A stretch of 63,584 nucleotides of DNA, filler included, from Candidatus Woesearchaeota archaeon (GTDB lineage Archaea; Nanobdellota; Nanobdellia; Woesearchaeales; CAZJJJ01), in assembly GCA_046538795.1 (NCBI GenBank). It is 6 parts of 6 records of this genome, joined end to end, with 100 filler letters (N's around TTAATTAATTAA, not from the genome) between each part and the next. Parts side by side here need not be neighbours in the genome. Positions count along the whole stretch, not along the records: positions 33,496 to 44,304 come from JBKHIF010000049.1; positions 44,405 to 54,430 come from JBKHIF010000051.1; 4 more parts are not named here. One strand, given 5' to 3'. The stretch's first letter is position 1. Each line of letters begins with the position of its first letter. The translations under genes and the position numbers were made by a program. The notes under the pieces were generated by a model. That model had not been told where the DNA came from. It worked only from the letters and a program-made list of their open reading frames with translations, and did no database searches. Of this stretch, positions 36,341 through 45,123 are shown in pieces.

Positions 36341-36895
36341 TTGAACAAAATTATATCTTTTGTAATTTTAGTCTTAGTTGTTTTTGTGGTTGGTTGTAAT
36401 TCTGATAACAAAGCTACGGGAGAATCTGTGAAGTTGGTAAGCCCTATACAGAAATGTAAGGTTGTTGATGTTCCCTATGATGCGCAGGAAGCATATACTG
36501 AACGAGAACCTTATCAAGCGACTGAAGAATATCAAGTTAAAATGAAATTTGAAGTTGTGGATCGCAGTAAATCTACTTTTCTTAGAGGCCTTGACGTTTG
36601 GGCAAAAGGAATTGTTTCTGTTAGAAATGTCGATGATCAAACAGGAAGGTTCAGTGTGAAACAGACATTCAAAACATTAAATGATCAGAGTACACTATCA
36701 TCAACTAAGTATATTATGCCTGGAGAAATTGTTGAATTTGAAGAAATTTATGATATTGATCTTGGAGAAGATTTTTCCCTGAGTTCTATTGTAATAGCTC
36801 CTGAAAAAACTATGACAAGAACAGTTACAAAATACAGAGATATTACAAAGTATAGAACAGTTACAAAATATAAAAAAGAAGAAATTTGTGAATGA
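36341..36895 (+). CDS. Putative lipoprotein with an elongated beta-hairpin
   Basis: Hydrophobic leader ending VVG-C; periodic Tyr repeats at both ends (PYDAQEAYTEREPY; TKYRDITKYRTVTKY). The start codon is uncertain. Confidence 0.7.
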   Translation: MNKIISFVILVLVVFVVGCNSDNKATGESVKLVSPIQKCKVVDVPYDAQEAYTEREPYQATEEYQVKMKFEVVDRSKSTFLRGLDVWAKGIVSVRNVDDQTGRFSVKQTFKTLNDQSTLSSTKYIMPGEIVEFEEIYDIDLGEDFSLSSIVIAPEKTMTRTVTKYRDITKYRTVTKYKKEEICE

Positions 36896-36910
36896 TTTTT
36901 TTTAATTAAT

Positions 36911-37360
36911 TTAAACATTGCCAAGCTTAGCTTCAATTGCAGCAAGTTCTTTCTCTAAAGCTTCAAGATCTGATTTTCCTATTTTTGCAGAAGATTCTTT
37001 TTTAGGTGAAGATTTTTTATTTGGGCTCTTTGCCTCTTCTTCATTTTTCTTTTCTTCTGATTTTACTTTCTTTATGGTTTTTTTGTCAATCAGATCATCA
37101 GATTCAACATCAACGTTAAGATTTGATTTAGGAAGTGATGATTTAAGTTTTGTTACAAGGGCAGTTATCTCCTTGAATATCCTTTTAAGATCATAAACTG
37201 CCTTGTTCTTTTCCATCCTGACCTTAAGAAATTCTTCATATCTTTCCAAAGACATAAGAACAGTCTTCATGGATTCAAGAGTATTTCTCTTAAGATCATC
37301 ATGGTTTCTTATTTCAACATAAAATACATCATCCGGATCGTTGGTGTTCTTATCTGTCAT
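36911..37360 (-). CDS. Hypothetical coiled-coil protein (third member of a paralog trio)
   Basis: VFYVEIRNHDDLKR followed by a coiled coil; weak similarity to the two upstream genes. Confidence 0.75.
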   Translation of the reverse strand: MTDKNTNDPDDVFYVEIRNHDDLKRNTLESMKTVLMSLERYEEFLKVRMEKNKAVYDLKRIFKEITALVTKLKSSLPKSNLNVDVESDDLIDKKTIKKVKSEEKKNEEEAKSPNKKSSPKKESSAKIGKSDLEALEKELAAIEAKLGNV

Positions 37361-37365
37361 GTTAT

Positions 37366-37614
37366 CTATCTCACGTTCTGAGGTTCAAACAAGGTCTTAT
37401 CCACATAAGCGACCTTTCTTTCTACTTCTTCGATATTTGCACTCCATTGCTCAAGCTCAGCATCTTCCTGGCTTTTGAGCTGCCTTATATTATCAAGTAT
37501 CTTGTTTGCTTCGTTGACTTTAGACTTGATAAGTTCCATAATATCAATAACGTCTTTATAATCTTCAATCTTTACAAAAACCGGCATTTCCGGTGCTCTC
37601 ATAGGCTCATCCAT
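37366..37614 (-). CDS. Small coiled-coil protein (PxFxxIxDYK family)
   Basis: PVFVKIEDYKDVID...EQWSANIEEVERKVAYVDKTLFEP. Confidence 0.8.
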   Translation of the reverse strand: MDEPMRAPEMPVFVKIEDYKDVIDIMELIKSKVNEANKILDNIRQLKSQEDAELEQWSANIEEVERKVAYVDKTLFEPQNVR

Positions 37615-37619
37615 CTTTA

Positions 37620-38537
37620 TCACCTAGGTCCTTCAAACAAGGTCTTCTGGATATACACCATCTTTCGTTGTATATCTTCAAGACTGGCCTTCCATTGTTC
37701 GCACTCATAGTGCTTCTGTTCATTGTACTCTTCAAGTTTGAAAATATAATCTCCTGATTTTTTCAAACCATTCTTGATCTCATCAACATTATCTAAAAGA
37801 TGTTTATAATCATTTATCTCTATGAATATGGGTCCTTCATTGTATCTGAAAATCTTGAGTTTTCTCTGTGGAATGCTTGAATAAAATGAATTATCGTGGT
37901 AATCTTGTCTTTCAGCAGAAAATTCATCAGGCATTTTTTCAGGAACATTATTTTCTGGCGCCTGATCATTTTCATCTCCCTGATCAAGCTCGATATTAGG
38001 CAAAGGAAATTGTTCTTCTATTTTTTCTTCAGGTTCAGAAGTTTCCTTGAAATCTTCTGCTTTTGGTTCTTCTATTTTTTCTTCTTTATCTTGAGGAATC
38101 TCTTCTATTTTTTCTTGACTTGCGGGTTCAAGAACATTATCTTCTTCAGGTTTATTTTCCTCAGGAAGAGAGACATTGCTTCCAGGTTCTAACGAATTAT
38201 TTGATTGATCAAAAGAAGGTACTGTAGGGACTTCAGGCTGTGCAAATGAAGAATTTTGCTCATCACCCTGAGACTCATTATCTGAAAACGAAGGTGGTGC
38301 AGGAACATCTATATTTCCGAAAGGATTGCTGTTATTATTTGAATTATTATCATTATTGCCTGTCTGAGGCGATTGGCCATTCATATTATCTTGAGGAGGC
38401 GCCTGTGAAATTCCAGCACTTGGTTGAGGTGTTTCAGGAGAACTTACTACATTTTGATTATTTGGCCCTGGTGCAGGCGGCGGAACATTATTTTCACTAT
38501 TTTCTTTTTTTCCTTTCATCAAGTTAAATAATCCCAT
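37620..38537 (-). CDS. Disordered acidic/Pro-rich protein with a C-terminal PxFxxIxDYK coiled-coil domain
   Basis: C-terminus PIFIEINDYKHLLD...EQWKASLEDIQRKMVYIQKTLFEG aligns with the 37366-37614 protein. Confidence 0.8.
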   Translation of the reverse strand: MGLFNLMKGKKENSENNVPPPAPGPNNQNVVSSPETPQPSAGISQAPPQDNMNGQSPQTGNNDNNSNNNSNPFGNIDVPAPPSFSDNESQGDEQNSSFAQPEVPTVPSFDQSNNSLEPGSNVSLPEENKPEEDNVLEPASQEKIEEIPQDKEEKIEEPKAEDFKETSEPEEKIEEQFPLPNIELDQGDENDQAPENNVPEKMPDEFSAERQDYHDNSFYSSIPQRKLKIFRYNEGPIFIEINDYKHLLDNVDEIKNGLKKSGDYIFKLEEYNEQKHYECEQWKASLEDIQRKMVYIQKTLFEGPR

Positions 38538-38730
38538 TAGTTACCACATCTCCCACTAATAAAATAATTTTATCTTTTGCTTTTATTAAAGTTTTTGAAC
38601 TATTTTGAAATAGTAAATTAACTTTGTGTGGACATATTTTTTCACTATATGCGTAAATTTTTATTTTATCCAGAAATTTTCCGGATTTATCATGGTAACT
38701 CATTTTAAAGATTAAATCTTCTGTGTTTAT

Positions 38731-40167
38731 ATGATGTATAAGATATTGTTTTCATCTTTGATTTTTATGACTTTGATAACAACATCATCTGCAATCGAAT
38801 TTCATGAAGTATTTTATGATCCTCCCGGAGATGATAATAATCGGGAATTCATAGAATTATTAATGGAATTTCCGTTGGATCTTGAAAACTACACTATATC
38901 AGATGAACATTCAAACGACACACTTGAAACCATGAGTTTTGTAAATTCAAACCTGGCTTTGATAGTCGAAGAAGGATTCAATTATAGCTTTCTTAACTGT
39001 TCTGTCTATTCAGCAGGAGCGACTATTGGAAATAACCTGAACAATGATGCAGATTCACTAAAACTTTTTGATCGAAATCATGTATTGGTAGATTCAATAT
39101 CCTATAATAGGACAGTCAAAAACTTTTCTCTTAATGTATATAACAAAACATCTTATTACGCATCTCCTAATCCTTGTGAAATCTTTATTCCTGAAAAAAC
39201 AATTGAAAATACTACACAAAACGAAGATACTGATGAAGATGATATTTGTGATTATTCTTTAGATATCATTACAGATAAATCATTTTATCACAACGAAACG
39301 ATGAAGTTCAGACATGAGGTTTATCCTTCAGAAGATGATATTGATTATGAGATCACATATCGCATAGAAGATCTTTATGGAAATATCAAAAAAGAACCCT
39401 ACACTACAAAAAATACCAACGAAAAATCATTCACATCAAAAGAATATGGCACGAACGTCTATAAGATAATATCATATCTTGAAGTCCTTTCCTGCAACGA
39501 GACAAATATTACTGACAATGAAGCTTCCTTAATTTTTATACATCATTCAGATGAGCCTTTTTCCTGTCCAGAATGTATTTGTGAAGAATGTGAAAACTGC
39601 CCTGATTGCCCCGAAATAATCTGTCCTGATTGCGAGCCATGCATGATAAAAGAAGGACAAATCATGAAAACAAATTTTGATATAATTGAACTAAGGTTTG
39701 AAAACAATACAAATTCAATCTTTTTACGATTCAATGCATCAAAAGGAGATACAAGAAAGACAGCTATTTATATTTATGCAAAATCAGGACGAAACTACAT
39801 TACTGAGAAAAAGACGTTTTATCTCAAAGAAAAGAACAGCTACAATGAATTCACACTTATACTGCCTTTAAAAAAAGATGTTGATCTTGATGAACCCATA
39901 CTTTTCATAGAAGGACTGGACATAAGCATAAATGAAACAATCAATCTGGGAAATGATTTTTCAAAAGAATATGCTATTCCAGAAGCCACTGAAATAATTG
40001 AAACGAAAAATTTAGCTAAAAAAAACAAGATATCATATCAACCAGAACGCCTGACATCAAGAATAATATATGAATCAAGAGATGTCATAAGAAAAGAACT
40101 TATTTCTTATTTCTTTCTTGCAGCATCAATCATACTTAACATAATCTATTTATTCCGCAGGCCATAA
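38731..40167 (+). CDS. Lamin-tail-domain surface protein with Cys-rich linker and C-terminal TM anchor
   Basis: Signal peptide; FHEVFYDPPGDDNNREFIEL...LNNDADSLKL LTD signature; CPECICEECENCPDCPEIICPDCEPC; C-terminal TM helix. Confidence 0.82.
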   Translation: MMYKILFSSLIFMTLITTSSAIEFHEVFYDPPGDDNNREFIELLMEFPLDLENYTISDEHSNDTLETMSFVNSNLALIVEEGFNYSFLNCSVYSAGATIGNNLNNDADSLKLFDRNHVLVDSISYNRTVKNFSLNVYNKTSYYASPNPCEIFIPEKTIENTTQNEDTDEDDICDYSLDIITDKSFYHNETMKFRHEVYPSEDDIDYEITYRIEDLYGNIKKEPYTTKNTNEKSFTSKEYGTNVYKIISYLEVLSCNETNITDNEASLIFIHHSDEPFSCPECICEECENCPDCPEIICPDCEPCMIKEGQIMKTNFDIIELRFENNTNSIFLRFNASKGDTRKTAIYIYAKSGRNYITEKKTFYLKEKNSYNEFTLILPLKKDVDLDEPILFIEGLDISINETINLGNDFSKEYAIPEATEIIETKNLAKKNKISYQPERLTSRIIYESRDVIRKELISYFFLAASIILNIIYLFRRP

Positions 40168-40276
40168 ATATTGATGCATATGAAGATCAGATTGTGTAAT
40201 TTTTATTAATTTACTATATTGAAAATAAATATCAACAAAAATCTTTTTAAATAGTTGTGAAAACCTAACTATTATC

Positions 40277-40870
40277 ATGGCAGAAAAAATCAATGTTTCA
40301 GAAAAACTTGAAGAAGGCTACATCAGCATAAGAACAATAATAGAAATGATGGGACGTCCTAAAGAGCATCTAATGGAAACGCTCAAATCATATGTAAAAA
40401 AGCTATCTGAATCTGATAATTACGAAGTGTTAAATGAGGAATATTCAGAACCTAAAGAAGAAGATGGCATGTTCAATGTATTCGTGGAAGTAGAAATGCT
40501 CGTAAAAAATATTGAAGAGGTTGCTTGGTTCTCTTTTGATTACATGCCTGCATCAATTGAAATACTTGAACCTGAAAAACTTAATTATAAGGCTCCTGAG
40601 TTGACTAATTTCTTAAATGATCTTTTGGGAAGGCTTCATCATCTTGACATGAGTTTCAAGACAAAAGATGCAAGTATAAAGAAACTAAATGCAAATTCAG
40701 AAGCTATACTAAAGAATTTCATCGGATATCTTATAAAAGATGAACCTAAGACAGTAGATGAGCTCTCAGAGCCGTTAGGGATTGGAAAAGAGCAGCTTGA
40801 GCGTCTTCTTGACAGGCTCATCGGAAACAAGTATTTGAGGAAAGAAGATGATAAATATTTTCTTGCATGA
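40277..40870 (+). CDS. Conserved hypothetical protein with C-terminal winged-helix-like region
   Basis: IIEMMGRPKEHL, FDYMPASIEILEP; wHTH-like end (KTVDELSEPLGI...LIGNKYL). Confidence 0.75.
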   Translation: MAEKINVSEKLEEGYISIRTIIEMMGRPKEHLMETLKSYVKKLSESDNYEVLNEEYSEPKEEDGMFNVFVEVEMLVKNIEEVAWFSFDYMPASIEILEPEKLNYKAPELTNFLNDLLGRLHHLDMSFKTKDASIKKLNANSEAILKNFIGYLIKDEPKTVDELSEPLGIGKEQLERLLDRLIGNKYLRKEDDKYFLA

Positions 40871-40917
40871 TTAGATTATCAATAAATATAAATATCACTT
40901 CTTAAGTATCTCTTCAC

Positions 40918-41730
40918 ATGGATAATCTGAATAACATGGTAGAAGCTCTTCTTTTCGCATCAGGAAAGCCTATGTCAGTAGAACAGCTCTCTGAGATAAT
41001 TGATGAATCCTCAAGAAAGATAAAGCCTGCGCTGAAAAAGATAAAGAACAAATACTCGGAAAATAATGGTGCTCTCATGCTTGTGGAAGATGACGGTTTC
41101 TGGAAACTTACTGTAAGAGAAGCATACCTTCCTCTTGTAAGAAAAATCGTTGCAGATACAGAACTTCCTAAATCAGTAATAGAAACGTTGGCTGTTATTG
41201 CTTGGCGTTCGCCAATAACTCAGGCAAGAGTCATAAAAATAAGAACCAATAAGGCATATGATCATATTGCTGAACTTGAACGTCTTGGATTTGTAATAAA
41301 AGAAAAAGAAGGAAGATCATACAGGTTAAAACTTACAGAAAAATTCTTTGAATATTTCGACATTTCAGGAAACAAGGACATAAGAGACATGTTCAAGAAT
41401 GTTAAAGGAATTGAAGAAGAACTTGCATCTGAGCAGGAAAAAAAACTTAATGAAAAGAACAAGCAGCTTGTACTTATTCCTGAAGATTCCGAAGAACATT
41501 TGGGGAAACTTGATATCTATACTCCTGAAAAGCCAAAAGCAGAGGAAGATGTAAAAGAGATAAATCAAATAGTTGATGAGATTGACCAGGAAGAAAAAAG
41601 AGACGAAGCAGTCAAAGAGGAAATAGATGTTGTAAAACCTGAAGGTTCTCAAAAAGAAATAAAAAATGAAATTGAAACCGATGACAGTGTAGAAGATTCT
41701 TTTGTTGATGAACCGAAAAGCAAGGAATAG
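40918..41730 (+). CDS. scpB: SMC-Scp complex subunit ScpB
   Basis: VEALLFASGKPMS, ETLAVIAWRSPITQA, LTEKFFEYFDI. Confidence 0.92.
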   Translation: MDNLNNMVEALLFASGKPMSVEQLSEIIDESSRKIKPALKKIKNKYSENNGALMLVEDDGFWKLTVREAYLPLVRKIVADTELPKSVIETLAVIAWRSPITQARVIKIRTNKAYDHIAELERLGFVIKEKEGRSYRLKLTEKFFEYFDISGNKDIRDMFKNVKGIEEELASEQEKKLNEKNKQLVLIPEDSEEHLGKLDIYTPEKPKAEEDVKEINQIVDEIDQEEKRDEAVKEEIDVVKPEGSQKEIKNEIETDDSVEDSFVDEPKSKE

Positions 41731-41900
41731 GATCAGGATTTCTATCCCATCAGAGCATGCTTTTTGTTGATTTAAACCAAAACATATTTAAAGTGTAAAA
41801 TATTACTTTTTACTATATTTTTACGTCGATAAAATCAAAGAAAAACACTTAAAGATTGCTTATTTCTGGCAATAAAAAAATACTTGTGAAATAGTTAAAA

Positions 41901-44304
41901 ATGTCTGATGAAAATATACCTGATAAGGATCAGGAAATGAATGATGAAAAGCCGCCAATCGCACAAAAGATCATAACACAAGAGATCGAAAGCGAGATGA
42001 AGACTTCTTTCATGGATTATGCCATGTCGGTCATAGTAAGCAGAGCTCTGCCTGATGTAAGAGATGGCCTTAAACCTGTACACAGAAGGATTCTTTATGC
42101 GATGAACGAGCTTGGGATGTCTCATAATAAGCCTTATAAGAAAAGTGCAAGAATAGTAGGAGAAGTGCTTGGAAAATATCATCCTCATGGAGATGTTGCT
42201 GTATATGATACCATGGTAAGGATGGTTCAGAATTTCTCTTTAAGATATCCTCTTATAGATGGGCAGGGAAACTTTGGAAGTGTTGATGGCGACTCAGCCG
42301 CTGCAATGAGGTATACTGAAGCAAGGCTTTCAAAGATCTCTGAAGAGATGCTTTCAGATATAGATAAAGAAACAGTTTCATTCATGGAAAATTTTGACGG
42401 TTCGTTAAAAGAACCTATTGTTCTTCCTTCTAAATTTCCAAATCTTCTTGTAAACGGCTCATCTGGTATTGCTGTCGGAATGGCAACTAACATCCCGCCT
42501 CACAATCTTAAAGAGGTCTGCACAGCAGTTACAAGAGTCATAGATAATCCAGAAATAGAAGTGTCTGAGATCATGACATATCTTCCTGGTCCTGATTTTC
42601 CAACAGGAGCTGAGATCGCAGGAAAAGGTGGGATAATTGAAGCATACAACAGGGGTCGGGGAAGAATAAAGATAAAATCAAAGACCCATTTCGAGCAGAA
42701 AGGAGATAAGGTTTCAATAATCATAGATGAACTTCCATATCAGGTAAATAAGGCTATGCTTATAGAACAGATTGCAGACCTTGTAAAAGACAAAAAAATC
42801 CCTGATATAAGAGATCTTAGAGATGAATCTGACAGGAGAGGAACAAGAGTTGTGATAGAACTCAAGAAAAATGCAAATCAGGAAGTTGTATTAAATCAGC
42901 TTATAAAGCATTCAAGAATGCAGGTTACTTTTGGGATCATCATGCTTTCACTTGTGGAAAACAAGCCAGTCACAATGGGTATAGTACCTCTTCTAAAACA
43001 TTTTATTTCTCACAGGCAGACAGTAATCAAGAAAAGGACAGAATATGATCTTAAAAAAGCTCAGGCCAGATCACATATACTTGAAGGTCTTCTTATAGCC
43101 CTCAACAACATTGATGCAGTCATTGCTCTTATACGTGGTTCTGATTCTGTGCAGGAAGCAAAACAAGGACTTATGTCAAGATATTCACTTTCAGAACATC
43201 AGTCGCAGGCAATACTTGATATGAGACTACAGAAGCTTGCAGCTCTTGAAAGAGAAAAGATAAAAGAAGAGCATAAAGACCTTAAAGAACTTATCGAGGA
43301 GCTTAAAGGAATACTTGCTTCTGAAGACAAGATAAATGATATCCTTAAGTCTGAGATGCAGGAAATAATAGATAAGTATGGTGATGAGAGAAAGACCACA
43401 ATACTAGAGCATGGAGACGAGGACATAGATCTTGAGGATCTTATCGAAGAGCATGATGTTGTTGTAACCATAACAAGAGAAGGATACATAAAAAGACTTC
43501 CTCTTGAAACATACAGGCAGCAAAACCGGGGCGGAAGAGGTATAATCGGAACAGATATGAAAGAAGAAGATATTGTTCAGGATGTATTTGTCACGAGCAG
43601 CCACAATTATATATTATTTTTCACAGATCAGGGTAAGGTATATTGGCAGAAAGTATATCAGATACCTGAAGGTTCAAGGCAATCACGAGGACGGCCTATC
43701 GTAAATCTTGTTCAGATGTCTCCTGATGAAAGAATCAATGCTTGGATATCTGTAAAAGAATTTACTGCAAATTTCAACCTGATGCTTTGCACAAAGAAGG
43801 GAATTGTGAAAAAATCAGCGCTTTCTGACTATTCAAGACCCAGAAAAGGCGGAATTATAGCTATCAATCTTGATGCTGATGATGCATTGGTTAATTCAGT
43901 CATGACAGACGGAGATCAAAATGTTCTGATCGCGACAAAGAAAGGTCTTGCGATAAAATTCCATGAAGAAGATGCGAGAGTTATCGGAAGGACAGCAAGA
44001 GGAGTCAAAGGAATAACATTAAGAGAGGACGACGAAGTAATAGACATGGTCGTCGCCAAAGAGGACATGGATCTTCTGACAATAACTGAAAATGGTTACG
44101 GAAAAAGAACGAAAATATCAGAATATAGGCGTATTGGAAGAGGAGGAAAAGGTGTCATAAACATCCAGTGTACAGAAAGAAACGGCGATGTTGTCGCAGT
44201 AAAACCTGTAATCGATGAGGATGATGTCATATTCATAAGCAAGCATGGAATAATAATAAGAATTCCTATGAGAAGCATATCTGTCATAGGACGAAATACC
44301 CAGG
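41901..44304 (+). CDS. gyrA: DNA gyrase subunit A, 3'-truncated at contig end
   Basis: [22 protein letters not shown], catalytic [10 protein letters not shown], GyrA-box QNRGGRG, beta-pinwheel repeats. Confidence 0.97.
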
Positions 44305-44404
44305 NNNNNNNNNNNNNNNNNNNNNNNNNNNNNNNNNNNNNNNNNNNNTTAATTAATTAANNNNNNNNNNNNNNNNNNNNNNNNNNNNNNNNNNNNNNNN
44401 NNNN
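44305..44404. other. Artificial contig linker
   Basis: N-run + TTAATTAATTAA + N-run. Confidence 0.98.
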
Positions 44405-44448
44405 CCTCGACACGGCAGTGGTCGCCAGTTCAACTCTGGCCGGGCCCA
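44405..44448 (+). tRNA. trnV: tRNA-Val(GAC), 3' half only (cut by contig start)
   Basis: CC-TC-GAC-AC-GGCAG, T-arm GCCAG-TTCAACT-CTGGC, acceptor 3' strand CGGGCCC-A matching the archaeal tRNA-Val 5' GGGCCCG. Confidence 0.8.
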
Positions 44449-44516
44449 TTATATTTCTAAAATTTAACAAATTTATTGAATAAGGTTTAAGAATTATGAA
44501 AATATTCTGAAATTTA

Positions 44517-45101
44517 ATGAATTTCAATCAAGGTTCCATACTGGCCATACTAGAATCTATTTTTTTATTATTGCTAATAACTAACTTAATTTTAATAATA
44601 ACATTAAAAAATAAAAATTCAAAACCCAAATTTGTTTCTGCAGGTGAAGCCCTATTCAACATATTAGATACATTATACAACTTACCGACAAATGAACTTC
44701 TAAATGAAAGAGGAGTCATGAGAATAATAAATAAAAATATAGAGGTTGATCAATCTCATTATGGATTAACTCATGAAGATTTCAAAAGTCTGGAAAAACA
44801 AGAATACATAAGATATTGGGAACCAAACGAAGAAGAAAGAAATCAGCCTGAACATGAAAAAGAGATTATACTTACAGCAAAAGGTTTTGAACTTGTTGAA
44901 ACCAGGCTTAACCGTAAAATCACTTTTTTTGCATTAATTATCGCAATAGCCGCATTAGTTATAAGTTTTTATTTTAATGCTACAAGAATACTATCAGATG
45001 CCACTTTTTCTCCTTTCCCAAAAACCTTAATTTCAATTATAGCTACTTATATTGTCATCGTGATAATAAAAAAAACCTTAGATAAATATTTTTCTAATTA
45101 A
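44517..45101 (+). CDS. Hypothetical membrane protein
   Basis: Three hydrophobic helices around a soluble domain ending ILTAKGFE (wHTH wing-like); visibly AT-rich. Confidence 0.7.
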   Translation: MNFNQGSILAILESIFLLLLITNLILIITLKNKNSKPKFVSAGEALFNILDTLYNLPTNELLNERGVMRIINKNIEVDQSHYGLTHEDFKSLEKQEYIRYWEPNEEERNQPEHEKEIILTAKGFELVETRLNRKITFFALIIAIAALVISFYFNATRILSDATFSPFPKTLISIIATYIVIVIIKKTLDKYFSN

Positions 45102-45123
45102 ATTTATTTAAAATATTCCAAAA

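Noticed and set aside
40277..40870. Possible ScpA upstream of scpB
   Set aside because: Lacks kleisin N-terminal motifs (such as DPWDIDI); left as hypothetical.
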